Source of the DNA: an uncultured Gammaproteobacteria bacterium
GTDB lineage: Bacteria > Patescibacteriota > Microgenomatia > CAZETR01 > Amesbacteraceae
DNA length: 64,000 bases
NCBI GenBank assembly: GCA_964633995.1
Contig: CAZWKN010000005.1
Coordinates: 920 to 64,919, forward strand
Direction of reading: 5' to 3'
A program made the translations under genes and the position numbers. Positions 19,738 through 30,043 of the stretch are shown here, in pieces (the stretch's first letter is position 1; each line of letters opens with the position of its first letter). The notes beneath the pieces are model-generated. The model was not told where the DNA came from. It searched no databases and was given only the letters and a program-made list of their open reading frames with translations.

Positions 19738-20115
19738 ATGAATTATTTAGGTTTAGACTATGGACAAAAAAATATTGGGGTGGCGTTGGCAATCGGCCCA
19801 TTAGCCGAACCATTAATCACTTTTTCCACCGCTAAGTCTATCTCTTTAATCAAGGCTTTGGTAGAAAAACATCATATTGACGAAATTATTATTGGTCAAC
19901 CGGACAAGCTTTTAGAGTCCGAGTTTAAAGGATTTGTTGACCAGTTGTCCATTCTAAATCGTCCACTGTCCATCGTAGACGAAACACTTTCTTCTCACGA
20001 TGCCCGTCAAGCATTGTTGCACACTTCCAGAACCAGGCGTAAAAACTCTGAGCACGCAGTCGCGGCAACCATAATTCTCCAATCATTCCTTGACTATCAG
20101 CTATCAAAAAGTTAA
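19738..20115 (+). CDS. ruvX: Holliday-junction resolvase-like RuvX/YqgF
   Basis: MNYLGLDYGQKNIGVALA... is an RNase H-like YqgF start. Start trimmed to the ATG at 19738; the longer 19672 ORF overlaps the sortase. Confidence 0.8.
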   Translation: MNYLGLDYGQKNIGVALAIGPLAEPLITFSTAKSISLIKALVEKHHIDEIIIGQPDKLLESEFKGFVDQLSILNRPLSIVDETLSSHDARQALLHTSRTRRKNSEHAVAATIILQSFLDYQLSKS

Positions 20116-20123
20116 AGTAAGGC

Positions 20124-20324
20124 ATGTTTAAAAATGTCATTGCCCCAGTTCAAGCTTGGTTGCTTTCGCAAGGTCGCTGTGTAGGCTGTGGAACCGACTT
20201 GAGTACGGCTAAGTCCCAAAAACATGAGGATGGGGAAAAGGTCACTTGTTCAAAATGTGGTCGTATATTTATCAAGGAATCTCCGTCAGGCAAATATCGT
20301 CGGGCATTGTTTGCTGAAGTGTGA
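20124..20324 (+). CDS. Small zinc-ribbon protein
   Basis: 66 aa with CVGCG...CSKCG (two CxxC pairs). Confidence 0.45.
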   Translation: MFKNVIAPVQAWLLSQGRCVGCGTDLSTAKSQKHEDGEKVTCSKCGRIFIKESPSGKYRRALFAEV

Positions 20325-21283
20325 AAAAACTCGCCGCTTTATTAGTCTCCTTACTTTTAGTCGTTGTTGTAGTATCAATTCCAACACTGTGGTATTACAT
20401 TCAAATTTATACTAATCCACTACCCCAAAAACGCTATGCAGAATTTATTATCACCAATGGCTCTCCCGCCTCAACCATAGTAGACAATTTGGTCCAACAA
20501 CAATTTGCTCGTTCCTCTTTGGCGATCAAAATATATCTCCGTCTAAATGGACTTACAAACTCTCTTCGTCCCGGGGGTTATCAAATTTCAAAAGCCTTAA
20601 CCCCAGCGCAAGTTATAAATCAACTCACCAAAGGGCCAGAAGATATCTGGATTACGTTCCCAGAAGGCTGGCGTCGCGAACAAATCGCTCTGAGGTTGTC
20701 TTCACAACTGGCGGATTTTGACATTCAGAGTTTTTTAAGCCTTACGGCTGACCTAGAAGGGCAACTTTTCCCCGACACCTATCTCATTCCGCCCTATGTC
20801 AAAGCTAAAGATGTTGTCGAATTAATGACCAGAAATTTCGTTAATAAATCCAAGCTCAAGCTTCCATTGGATAAAAACATTCTAATCATGGCATCCCTAA
20901 TTGAACGTGAGGTTCGTACGCAGGAGGATAGGGGGTTGGTGGCGGGTATTATGCAAAAACGACTTGAAGCTAATTGGCCGCTTCAGATTGATGCAACCGT
21001 TCAATACGCTCGTGACTCCTATAATTTTAAACTTCATCCCTCAAATTTCAAATTTTGGGAGCCTGTCTTTGATACCAAATTCCCCTCTAGTTACAATACC
21101 TACCTCAACTCTGGTTTGCCACCAGCCCCAATTAGCAACCCCGGTTTGTTTTCGATTCAGGCTGCACAAAACCCCACCCCCTCACCCTATTGGTATTATT
21201 TAACAGACACTTCTGGAACGACCCATTATTCCAAAACACTCTCGGAGCACAACTTCAATGTTGACAAATACCTAAGACCCTGA
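20321..21283 (+). CDS. mltG: Endolytic murein transglycosylase MltG (YceG family)
   Basis: N-terminal TM, YceG-like domain with conserved ...LIEREV... catalytic Glu region. alaS-ruvX-mltG synteny. Confidence 0.8.
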   Translation: MKKLAALLVSLLLVVVVVSIPTLWYYIQIYTNPLPQKRYAEFIITNGSPASTIVDNLVQQQFARSSLAIKIYLRLNGLTNSLRPGGYQISKALTPAQVINQLTKGPEDIWITFPEGWRREQIALRLSSQLADFDIQSFLSLTADLEGQLFPDTYLIPPYVKAKDVVELMTRNFVNKSKLKLPLDKNILIMASLIEREVRTQEDRGLVAGIMQKRLEANWPLQIDATVQYARDSYNFKLHPSNFKFWEPVFDTKFPSSYNTYLNSGLPPAPISNPGLFSIQAAQNPTPSPYWYYLTDTSGTTHYSKTLSEHNFNVDKYLRP

Positions 21284-21331
21284 TATAAGAGAACAAGTTT
21301 ACTAGGCGAAATAAAAATCGCCGAGGGTATT

Positions 21332-24300
21332 TTGCGCACGCTAGCGCATTTTTGTTTTCCAAAACCTTTACAAATGTCGCAGTCAAATCGCCTTTATTGG
21401 GGTAAGAGTTTTTCAAACCTCCCCAAACTAAACCTCAACCAAATCCAGATTGATAGTTGGAAGTGGTTCTTGGAAAATGGCATAAAAGAAAATCTCACCG
21501 AAATTGGCTCCATAGATGATTTTACAGGCAAGAATTGGACTCTTTCTTTTGGAGAACACTCAATTGAGAAGCCCACCATAACTCCATCACAGGCCCTTAG
21601 AAAGGGCCTTACTTTTTCTTCCTCATTGCGTATCCAGACCAAGCTTTTAAACAAACAAACAGGTAAAGAAGCTATTGGGGAGGTGTTTTTGGGCGATCTC
21701 CCTCAAATGACAGATCGTGGCACATTTATCATCAATGGAGTAGAAAGAACGGTCATTACCCAAATCGTTAGGTCCCCTGGTGCATATTTTGGCTCGGAAA
21801 TTGACGCCGCCTCTGGCCGATTAGTTCATACCGCAGAACTTCGTCCAATCCGGGGCACCTGGCTAGAATTTGAAATTTCTCGAGGCGACGTACTTTCAGT
21901 CCGCATTGATAGACGTCGCAAGTTTGTAGTTACTACTCTTCTACGGGCGCTTGGTCTTTCTACTAACCAACAAATCATAGAAGCGTTTTCAGATGTCAAC
22001 TTCGACCCCAATCACCCCTATTTAGATAGCTCTTTGGCCAAAGATACTACCAAAACCACAGAAGAAGCTTTGGTTGAAATTTACAAAAAAATGCGCCCTG
22101 GAGAACCAATCGTTTTAGAAAATGCCCAACGTTTGATTTTTGATCTATTCTTTAATCCTCGTAGATACGATCTGGGCAAGGTGGGTCGTTTCAAGCTCAA
22201 CAAAAGATTAAACCTCTTCTCCGAGTCTCTTATTCTTACTCGTGACGACTTAATCTCGACCATAAAATATTTAATTGGTCTTCAAAACGGCGTAGGCAAA
22301 ATCGATGACATTGATCATTTAGCCAATCGCAGGGTAAGGGGGGTCGGGGAACTCGTGAGTCAAACAGCCTTCCGGGATGGGCTTCTTAGGCTAGAACGGG
22401 CAATTAAAGAGAAGATGAGCTTGGTTTCAACGGAAGAATTAGTATCTCCGACCATGTTGGTAAACGCCAGACCTGTTATTGCCTCCGTAAATGAATTTTT
22501 CAGGAGTTCTCAATTATCTCAAATTCTCGAACAAACCAATCCATTGTCCGAAATTGACCACCTTCGTCGTCTGACGGTGATGGGTCGAGGCGGTATTACC
22601 CGTGAAAGAGCCTCGTTTAGCATCAGAGACGTCAATTCCAGCCAATATGGTCGTATTGATCCAGTCCGTTCACCAGAAGGTGCCAACATTGGACTCGTAA
22701 CCTATTTGGCGTTATACGCCAGAGTTAACGAATTTGGTTTCTTGGAAGTTCCCTACAGAAAACTGAAAAAAGAAGACCTCAATGGCAAGACTCTGGTAAA
22801 AGCCACCGATGAAATTGTTTATCTCAATGCAGACGATGAAGAAAATTTCCGTATTTCCCACAGCGATCTTCACATGGACGAAAATGGTTATGTCAAAGAG
22901 GAGTGGCTTCCAATTCGTTATCAAGGCACTTTTATAGAAGGCACCGCAGCCTCGGTTGATTTCATCGACTCTGTTCCCAGGCAACTTGTTGGCACTTCAG
23001 CCTCGCTTATTCCGTTCTTGGCCAACGACGCTGCAAATCGCGCTCTCATGGGATCAAACATGCAGACTCAAGCTGTTCCATTATTGCGTCCCAACAGTCC
23101 CGTAGTCGGAACTGGTATGGAAAAAGAAGTTGCTGGATTCATGGGTTGGTGTGTATATGCCAGGCATTCGGGTACAGTTTCTTATGTAGATTCTACAAAA
23201 ATTATAATTAAGCTCGACAAAAAACCCGAGTCGGTAGAGGCGGCAGAACATGTCTCAGTCAAGGGGGACCTGGAAACCTACTCTCTCATTAAGTTTAAAC
23301 GGACTTCTCAGAGCTCGTCTTTCAACCAAGAGCCTGTTGTTTCATTGGGCCAAAAAATCGCCAAAGGCCAGTTGCTTATTGATGGTCCATCAACCCAAAA
23401 TGGCGAGCTAGCTTTGGGCCAGAATCTTGTTATCGCCTATGCATCATACGATGGGCTTGGTTACGAAGACGCCATCGTCATTTCTGAGCGCTTGGTTAGG
23501 GAAGATCTTTTAACTTCAATTCACATTGAGGAGTACGAAGCGGATGTTGTAGATACCAAACTTGGCCCTGAGGAACTAACGAGAGATATTCCAAATGTAG
23601 GGGAATCTTTCTTGGCCAATCTTGACTCAGAGGGTATCGTCTCGGTCGGTTCAGAGGTTTCCCCAAATGATATTTTGGTTGGAAAAATTGCCCCCAAGGG
23701 CGAAACTGAACTCTCGGCTGAAGAGCGTCTTTTAAGGGCGATCTTTGGCGAAAAAGCACGCGACGTACGCGACACGTCTCTTCGTATGCCTCATGGGGAA
23801 CGTGGAATGGTTATTGATATTCATGTTTTAGACCGTGAAGCAGGAGATGAACTTCCTCCAGGAGTCAACAAAAGAGTAGTTGTAAAGGTGGCCCAGATAA
23901 GAAAAATAAACGTTGGAGATAAGTTGGCTGGCCGTCACGGAAACAAAGGTGTAATTTCCAAAATTGTTCCCACCGCAGATATGCCTCATCTCGAGGACGG
24001 AACTCCGATCGACATCATGATTTCTCCACTTTCTGTGCTTGCTCGTATGAATTTGGGTCAACTACTCGAAGCAAGACTTGGTTGGGCCATGTCCAAACAG
24101 AACAAGAAAGTAGCAGTTCCTGTTTTTGAAAAAGTTGCAGAAGAACAAATCGCCGATGAGATGCAAAAGGCAGGTCTTCCGGTCTCTGGTAAAACCTATC
24201 TAATTGATGGTAGGACCGGATTGCCATACGAAGAACCAACAGTGGTGGGTATAGGGTACATCCTTAAGCTTCACCACATGGTCGAGGATAAAACTCACGC

Positions 24301-24742
24301 CAGGTCTACTGGGCCATATTCTCTGGTCACTCAACAACCACTCGGTGGAAAAGCCCAAATGGGAGGACAGAGGCTAGGGGAGATGGAGGTCTGGGCGCTC
24401 GAATCTCACCGTGCTGCTTTTACCCTTCAGGAAATGCTTACCATCAAATCTGACGACGTTGTTGGCAGAGCCAAGGCGTTCGAGGCCATCGTTAAAGGCA
24501 CAGACATCCCCACCAGTTCCGTCCCGGAGTCGTTCAATGTTTTGGTTAAAGAACTGCAAAGCCTTGGGCTTCAAGTTATCCCCCAAGGGGTCCAGGTTAA
24601 AGCGTCGGATGATTCTGGAGCCACAACTCCCACTCCCGCAGCGGACGATAATACTGTACAATCAGTTGCTTCAGATGATTTAGTAGACTTAACAGAAGTT
24701 TCAGACGACGAAGCCGTCGAAAAATTACCTGACGATAAATAA
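21332..24742 (+). CDS. rpoB: DNA-directed RNA polymerase subunit beta
   Basis: Full-length RpoB homology (NRRVRGVGEL, GRHGNKGVISKI and others). The start is uncertain: a TTG at 21332 or the ATG at 21374. Confidence 0.93.
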   Translation: MRTLAHFCFPKPLQMSQSNRLYWGKSFSNLPKLNLNQIQIDSWKWFLENGIKENLTEIGSIDDFTGKNWTLSFGEHSIEKPTITPSQALRKGLTFSSSLRIQTKLLNKQTGKEAIGEVFLGDLPQMTDRGTFIINGVERTVITQIVRSPGAYFGSEIDAASGRLVHTAELRPIRGTWLEFEISRGDVLSVRIDRRRKFVVTTLLRALGLSTNQQIIEAFSDVNFDPNHPYLDSSLAKDTTKTTEEALVEIYKKMRPGEPIVLENAQRLIFDLFFNPRRYDLGKVGRFKLNKRLNLFSESLILTRDDLISTIKYLIGLQNGVGKIDDIDHLANRRVRGVGELVSQTAFRDGLLRLERAIKEKMSLVSTEELVSPTMLVNARPVIASVNEFFRSSQLSQILEQTNPLSEIDHLRRLTVMGRGGITRERASFSIRDVNSSQYGRIDPVRSPEGANIGLVTYLALYARVNEFGFLEVPYRKLKKEDLNGKTLVKATDEIVYLNADDEENFRISHSDLHMDENGYVKEEWLPIRYQGTFIEGTAASVDFIDSVPRQLVGTSASLIPFLANDAANRALMGSNMQTQAVPLLRPNSPVVGTGMEKEVAGFMGWCVYARHSGTVSYVDSTKIIIKLDKKPESVEAAEHVSVKGDLETYSLIKFKRTSQSSSFNQEPVVSLGQKIAKGQLLIDGPSTQNGELALGQNLVIAYASYDGLGYEDAIVISERLVREDLLTSIHIEEYEADVVDTKLGPEELTRDIPNVGESFLANLDSEGIVSVGSEVSPNDILVGKIAPKGETELSAEERLLRAIFGEKARDVRDTSLRMPHGERGMVIDIHVLDREAGDELPPGVNKRVVVKVAQIRKINVGDKLAGRHGNKGVISKIVPTADMPHLEDGTPIDIMISPLSVLARMNLGQLLEARLGWAMSKQNKKVAVPVFEKVAEEQIADEMQKAGLPVSGKTYLIDGRTGLPYEEPTVVGIGYILKLHHMVEDKTHARSTGPYSLVTQQPLGGKAQMGGQRLGEMEVWALESHRAAFTLQEMLTIKSDDVVGRAKAFEAIVKGTDIPTSSVPESFNVLVKELQSLGLQVIPQGVQVKASDDSGATTPTPAADDNTVQSVASDDLVDLTEVSDDEAVEKLPDDK

Positions 24743-24747
24743 ATAAT

Positions 24748-27700
24748 ATGGCATCAAACAAAACCGAAACACACGTTGATTCATTCAGAAATATTTTTGA
24801 TTTTTCTGGATTACAACTCAAGCTCGCCTCACCCGACGCAATGAAGTCATGGTCTCATGGTGAGATTACGAAGCCAGAGACAATCAACTACAGAACTCTT
24901 CGTCCCGAAAAAGATGGACTTTTTGACGAGCGAATTTTTGGACCTGTAAAAGATTGGGAGTGTTACTGTGGAAAGTACAAAAGGATTCGATATAAGGGGA
25001 TTATTTGTGACAAATGTGGAGTAGAAGTCACCCACTCTCGAGTCCGTAGAGAGAGAATGGGCCATATTACCCTTGCTTGTCCAGTGGCTCACGTTTGGTA
25101 TTTTCGAGGGGCTCCATCGAAGTTAAGCCTTCTGCTCGATATTTCTCCTAAATCACTAGAGTCTGTAATATATTTCGCCCAATATATTATCACTTCAGTC
25201 GATGTTTCTGCTCAGAACAAGACTGTTGAAAGATTAAAAAAAGAAGCTATCTCCCAAAAAGACGATCTCAAGGCCTCTTATGACGCGAAAATTGAAGCTC
25301 TTCAGAAGGAAATAGATGTTGAGGTGTCTAAAGTACAGGAACAAAATCGAAACATTGACGCAAAAGCAATTGCGTTGGAGCAAGCTTCGCTTAAAGGAAA
25401 ACAACAAATACAAACTTTACGTGATCAACAAACAGCCGAAATGGACAAAACTGTTAGTTTGTATCAAAGACTTGACGAAATTGTTCAAAGTGTTCGCCCA
25501 GCCAGCGTAGTCACAGAAGAAGAATACGCCAAACTAATGGAGTATGGAGCTTTAGACTTCGTCGAGGTGGGGATGGGAGCCGAGGCTGTTCTTGAGGTTA
25601 TTAAAAATCTGGATTTACCGTCGCTTTGTAATGAACTCAGAGGCGAAATCCTCACCTCAACTGGTCAACGTCATATAAAAGCCACCAAAAGACTTCGTGT
25701 TGCAGACGGACTTCGTAGGTCCAATGTTGATCCTGCCTGGATGATTCTCAAGATTCTTCCAGTTATACCCCCTGATTTGCGGCCGATGGTCCAACTTTCT
25801 GGCGGACGATTTGCATCATCAGATCTCAACGATCTCTATCGCCGCGTTCTCAATAGAAACAATCGCCTCAAGCATCTTATGGATCTTGGAGCTCCGGAAA
25901 TAATCCTTAGAAATGAAAAACGCATGCTCCAAGAAGCAGTTGACGCTCTCATTGACTCAGCGCAGCGCGTTACCAGAACCTCCCGCCTGCCGGCAGCTGC
26001 ACACTCCAAATCTTTGTCAGACATGCTTCGTGGCAAGCAAGGTCGTTTCCGCCAAAATTTGTTGGGTAAACGAGTAGATTACTCAGGTCGTTCGGTCATT
26101 GTTGTCGGTCCAGATTTACATATCAATCAATGCGGCCTTCCTAAAGACATGGCTCTCGAGATGTTTAAACCATTTGTTTTAAGACAAATGATTGTTCGAG
26201 GACTGGCTCCAAACGTCAAATCAGCCAAGAATTTGCTTGAATCTCGCCCACCAGAGGTCTTCGATATTCTTGAAGAAATTACTAAAAACCACCCCGTCTT
26301 ATTAAATCGCGCTCCGACTTTGCATAAACTTTCTATTCAAGCGTTCTATCCTATTTTAGTTGAAGGCTCAGCCATTCAAATTCACCCCTGTATTTGTGCA
26401 GGCTTTAACGCAGATTTCGATGGTGACCAAATGGCCGTTCACGTCCCTTTAAGTGAACAATCTATCAAAGAAGTAGAAGCTCTAATGATGCCGGAGAATA
26501 ACCTTAGAAAACCATCTGACGGTACCCCAATTTCAATTCCAGCTACCAAAGACATTGCTTTAGGAAATTACTTCCTTACATCAGTCGATCCGCGTGTCGA
26601 TGTCCATCCGTCAATATTCTCAAACCCCGAAGAAGCAATATTGGCTTATCATACTCAACACATTCGTCTTCGGGGCAGAATAAAATGTCAAATAAATGAC
26701 CAAATTGTGGACACCACCGTGGGAAGATTAATCTTCAATGAAATATTACCCGTCGAGTTAAGATTCATCAACGAAGATGTGAAGAGGGGCACCACAGTAA
26801 ATATTTTCAAGAAGGCCTTTAAGTTATATGATTCCACAGTCATAACCAAGCTAATTGACGACATTAAATCATTAGGCTTTTGGGCAGGTACTATTTCTGG
26901 GCTTTCGGTTGGTATTACAGATAGCGTCATCTTAAAAAACAAAGAGGAGATAATTGCCGAGGCAAACTCACGCGTTGCGGAAATCGAATCCAACTTTTCC
27001 ATGGGTCTGATTACTCAGGAAGAAAAGAAACGACTTTCCCAGGAAATCTGGTTGGAAACTACCGAAAAATTAGCTGACAAAACCTGGGAACTGTTTGAAC
27101 CAACTAACCCCATAAGGTTGATTATTGATGCTCAGGTTGGTCGTGCTTCTCGTGAACAAGTCCGCCAACTTTCCGGTATGCGCGGTTTGGTTGTAGATCC
27201 GTCGGGTCGCATCGTAGATCTTCCTATTAAGAGTAATTATCGCGAAGGCTTTTCTACCTTCGAATATGTCACAGCTTCTCGCGGAGAGCGCAAGGGCTTG
27301 TCCGATACGGCTATTAGAACCGCTGATGCTGGTTATCTTACTCGGCGTTTGGTAGATGTAGCCCATGACGCCATTGTCAGAATTCAAGATTGTAACTCCA
27401 CCAGCGGCTTGTCTATTTACAGATCAGGTCGCCGAGCCAAAGTTTTTGGCAGCCGTATTTTTGGCAGAGTTCTAGCTGCTGATCTACATTCTCCAAATTC
27501 CAAAAAAGTTCTTTTCCCAGCAGGCACTCTGGTCGACGAAGCGGTCTTGGCCAAAATAGAAGCCGAACAGGTTCAAGAAGCAGTCGTCCGTTCACCTCTC
27601 ACTTGCAATTCCAAATACGGGATTTGCGCGGTTTGTTACGGTTGGAGTCTAAGTGCGATGGGCAATGTCACTGTTGGTGACCCGGTGGGTGTAGTTGCTG

Positions 27701-28485
27701 CTCAAAGTATTGGTGAGCCGGGTACCCAAATGACGCTACATGGTAAACAAGGTGCTAAAACCTTAGGTAACGTAGATGTTACGCAAGGGTTACCAAGAAT
27801 AGAAGAGTTATTCGAAGCCAGAACTCCCAAATTAATTTCTCCTCTAGCAGAAATTTCAGGCAAAGTAGAAGTAGTTGAGTCAGAAGATGGCTACAAAGTT
27901 CGCATAAGAAATACCAGTGTTAAACCGGTTGAAGAGCGGGAGTACATTATTCCTTTGGCAGCTGAGCTCAAGGTCACTGATGGTAGCTTGGTCAACAGCG
28001 GTACTCAACTAGCAGCTGGATCCTTGGATATCAAAGAGGTTCTCGAAGTTCGTGGTTTACGTGGAGCCCAGGAGTATTTGATTGAAGAAATTCAGGCAGT
28101 TTATGAATCTCAAGGCGTTCCCATTCACGACAAACATTTTGAAGTAATTGTCAGAAAAATGAGTGACCGGGTTCGAATTCTTACTCAAGGTGATACTACT
28201 GTTTTGCCTGGCGACATAATTGATAGGGCCATTTTTGAAAATGAAAACGCTCGAGTTTTGGCAGCAGGTGGTGAGCCGGCCACTGCTCAGGTCGTAATTT
28301 TGGGTATTACCAGAGCTGCGCTAAAAACAGGCTCATGGCTATCTGCTGCATCGTTCATCGAAACCACTTCTCAGTTGGGAGACGCAGCGGTTGAAGGTAG
28401 AATTGATCCACTTTTGGGCTTGAAGGAAAACGTTATAATCGGAAGACTGATTCCCACCAGTCCAGAACGGGCCGCAATAAATTGA
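24748..28485 (+). CDS. rpoC: DNA-directed RNA polymerase subunit beta'
   Basis: Zinc-binding CYCGKYKR...CDKCGVEV and catalytic NADFDGDQMAVH. 1245 aa. Confidence 0.95.
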   Translation: MASNKTETHVDSFRNIFDFSGLQLKLASPDAMKSWSHGEITKPETINYRTLRPEKDGLFDERIFGPVKDWECYCGKYKRIRYKGIICDKCGVEVTHSRVRRERMGHITLACPVAHVWYFRGAPSKLSLLLDISPKSLESVIYFAQYIITSVDVSAQNKTVERLKKEAISQKDDLKASYDAKIEALQKEIDVEVSKVQEQNRNIDAKAIALEQASLKGKQQIQTLRDQQTAEMDKTVSLYQRLDEIVQSVRPASVVTEEEYAKLMEYGALDFVEVGMGAEAVLEVIKNLDLPSLCNELRGEILTSTGQRHIKATKRLRVADGLRRSNVDPAWMILKILPVIPPDLRPMVQLSGGRFASSDLNDLYRRVLNRNNRLKHLMDLGAPEIILRNEKRMLQEAVDALIDSAQRVTRTSRLPAAAHSKSLSDMLRGKQGRFRQNLLGKRVDYSGRSVIVVGPDLHINQCGLPKDMALEMFKPFVLRQMIVRGLAPNVKSAKNLLESRPPEVFDILEEITKNHPVLLNRAPTLHKLSIQAFYPILVEGSAIQIHPCICAGFNADFDGDQMAVHVPLSEQSIKEVEALMMPENNLRKPSDGTPISIPATKDIALGNYFLTSVDPRVDVHPSIFSNPEEAILAYHTQHIRLRGRIKCQINDQIVDTTVGRLIFNEILPVELRFINEDVKRGTTVNIFKKAFKLYDSTVITKLIDDIKSLGFWAGTISGLSVGITDSVILKNKEEIIAEANSRVAEIESNFSMGLITQEEKKRLSQEIWLETTEKLADKTWELFEPTNPIRLIIDAQVGRASREQVRQLSGMRGLVVDPSGRIVDLPIKSNYREGFSTFEYVTASRGERKGLSDTAIRTADAGYLTRRLVDVAHDAIVRIQDCNSTSGLSIYRSGRRAKVFGSRIFGRVLAADLHSPNSKKVLFPAGTLVDEAVLAKIEAEQVQEAVVRSPLTCNSKYGICAVCYGWSLSAMGNVTVGDPVGVVAAQSIGEPGTQMTLHGKQGAKTLGNVDVTQGLPRIEELFEARTPKLISPLAEISGKVEVVESEDGYKVRIRNTSVKPVEEREYIIPLAAELKVTDGSLVNSGTQLAAGSLDIKEVLEVRGLRGAQEYLIEEIQAVYESQGVPIHDKHFEVIVRKMSDRVRILTQGDTTVLPGDIIDRAIFENENARVLAAGGEPATAQVVILGITRAALKTGSWLSAASFIETTSQLGDAAVEGRIDPLLGLKENVIIGRLIPTSPERAAIN

Positions 28486-28516
28486 TAATTTGGAATTAAA
28501 AATTTAAAATTGTACC

Positions 28517-28951
28517 ATGCCGACGATCAATCAACTAATCAGAAAAGGCCGCCAAAAAAAACATAAAAAAGTTTTAGCCACCGGTCTACGCAAATCCTTT
28601 AACGCCAAGGATCGGGTCTTTACTCCCGACATGAATCCTTTCAAAAGAGGAGTGGTTACCGTTGTTAAAACCATGACTCCCAGAAAACCAAACTCGGCCA
28701 TTAGAAAAGTGGCTCGTGTCCGACTTTCAAACAAAATTGAAGTCACTGCTTATATCCCCGGCATTGGTCATAACATTGCCGAACACGCCATTGTCATGGT
28801 TCGTGGTGGTCGCGTCAAAGATTTACCGGGTGTAAAATACCACATCGTTCGAGGCAAATATGATGCCTCTGGAGTGGAGAACCGTAAACAAGGCAGATCG
28901 CGTTATGGTACCAAATCGGTTTCCGGTCCAAAAGCCGCAGCAGCGAGTTAA
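28517..28951 (+). CDS. rpsL: 30S ribosomal protein S12
   Basis: [15 protein letters not shown]...PKKPNSA.RKVARV is a canonical S12 sequence. Confidence 0.95.
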   Translation: MPTINQLIRKGRQKKHKKVLATGLRKSFNAKDRVFTPDMNPFKRGVVTVVKTMTPRKPNSAIRKVARVRLSNKIEVTAYIPGIGHNIAEHAIVMVRGGRVKDLPGVKYHIVRGKYDASGVENRKQGRSRYGTKSVSGPKAAAAS

Positions 28952-28956
28952 AAACT

Positions 28957-29433
28957 ATGCGTTCGAAAAAAGCACCAATCAGAAATATCCAACCAGATCC
29001 GGTTTACAAATCGCTTATGTTAGCGAAACTTATCAATCGTCTTATGTTGTCAGGTAAAAAGACTGTCGCCGAGAAGCAGGTTTACGCCACCATGGATTTG
29101 TTAAAGGCCAAAACAGAGCAAGACCCGTTAGCCGTTTTTACCGAAGCTCTAGAAAACATTAAGCCTCAAATGGAAGTTCGAGCCAGAAGAATAGGTGGAG
29201 CTGCTTACCAGGTTCCTTCCCCAGTAAGAGGTGTTCGCCGTGACTCATTGGCTATTCGTTGGCTAATTATGGCAGCTACCGCCAGGCCAAGTTCCGAATA
29301 CCACACAGTCGCAGAAAAACTCGCAGCAGAAATTATCGATGCCACCAAAAATCTAGGTGGAGCAATGAAAAAGAAGTTAGATATGCATCGTATGGCCGAA
29401 GCCAACAAAGCCTTCGCCCATTTCCGTTGGTAA
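28957..29433 (+). CDS. rpsG: 30S ribosomal protein S7
   Basis: 158 aa with S7 signature regions. Follows rpsL. Confidence 0.93.
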   Translation: MRSKKAPIRNIQPDPVYKSLMLAKLINRLMLSGKKTVAEKQVYATMDLLKAKTEQDPLAVFTEALENIKPQMEVRARRIGGAAYQVPSPVRGVRRDSLAIRWLIMAATARPSSEYHTVAEKLAAEIIDATKNLGGAMKKKLDMHRMAEANKAFAHFRW

Positions 29434-29436
29434 AAT

Positions 29437-30039
29437 ATGGCACACTATACCGGACCAAAAAACAGATTATCCCGTAGAGAGGGCCTAGATTTATTTGGTA
29501 AAGGCAACAAACTTCGTCGAGCTACCCAAGTTCCAGGACAGCATGGTCCCAAGGGTTCCAAGAGAAAAGTTTCAGACTATGGCACCCAGCTTCGCGAAAA
29601 GCAGAAAACTCGCAGACTTTATGGTATAATGGAAAAACAGTTCCGAGGGTACTTTGAGAAAGCGAGAAAAGTTCGTGGCAAGACTGGAGAAGCTCTCCTG
29701 CGCTTGCTCGAAACCAGGTTGGACAACGTAGTCTACCGCCTTAGTTTTGTTCCCACAAGGAACATGGCGCGTCAACTTGTTGGCCATGGCCACATCTTGG
29801 TAGACGGAAAAATGGTTACCATCCCGTCATATCAGGTCAAAGTTGGTCAACAAATTTCACTCGGCAAAAAAGCCTTGGAAATGCCTGTGGTAAAATCTCG
29901 CCTAGACAATCCCGAATTGAGTCTTCCTGCTTGGCTCAAACGCACTGCAGCTGTTGGACAGATCCAAAGTCTTCCTGCCAGGATCGACATCGACAGTCCA
30001 GTTAACGATCAATTAATAGTTGAGTACTATTCACGCTAA
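29437..30039 (+). CDS. rpsD: 30S ribosomal protein S4
   Basis: MAHYTGPKNRLSRREGLDLFGKG... plus the S4 RNA-binding domain. Confidence 0.93.
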   Translation: MAHYTGPKNRLSRREGLDLFGKGNKLRRATQVPGQHGPKGSKRKVSDYGTQLREKQKTRRLYGIMEKQFRGYFEKARKVRGKTGEALLRLLETRLDNVVYRLSFVPTRNMARQLVGHGHILVDGKMVTIPSYQVKVGQQISLGKKALEMPVVKSRLDNPELSLPAWLKRTAAVGQIQSLPARIDIDSPVNDQLIVEYYSR

Positions 30040-30043
30040 ATTT

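Noticed and set aside
21140-21175. Possible extra palindromic-element copy inside mltG (CCCACCCCCTCACCC)
   Set aside because: Only the G/C-rich tail is resembled, in reverse orientation. No CTCTCC/GGAGAG inverted repeat is present, so it is more likely a chance Pro-rich coding segment.
24748-28485. Checked for alternative genetic code (in-frame TGA) in the long conserved genes
   Set aside because: rpoB, rpoC, pnp and ftsK are uninterrupted with standard stops, and TGA terminates recJ. Standard code 11 applies, with no Gracilibacteria/SR1-type recoding.
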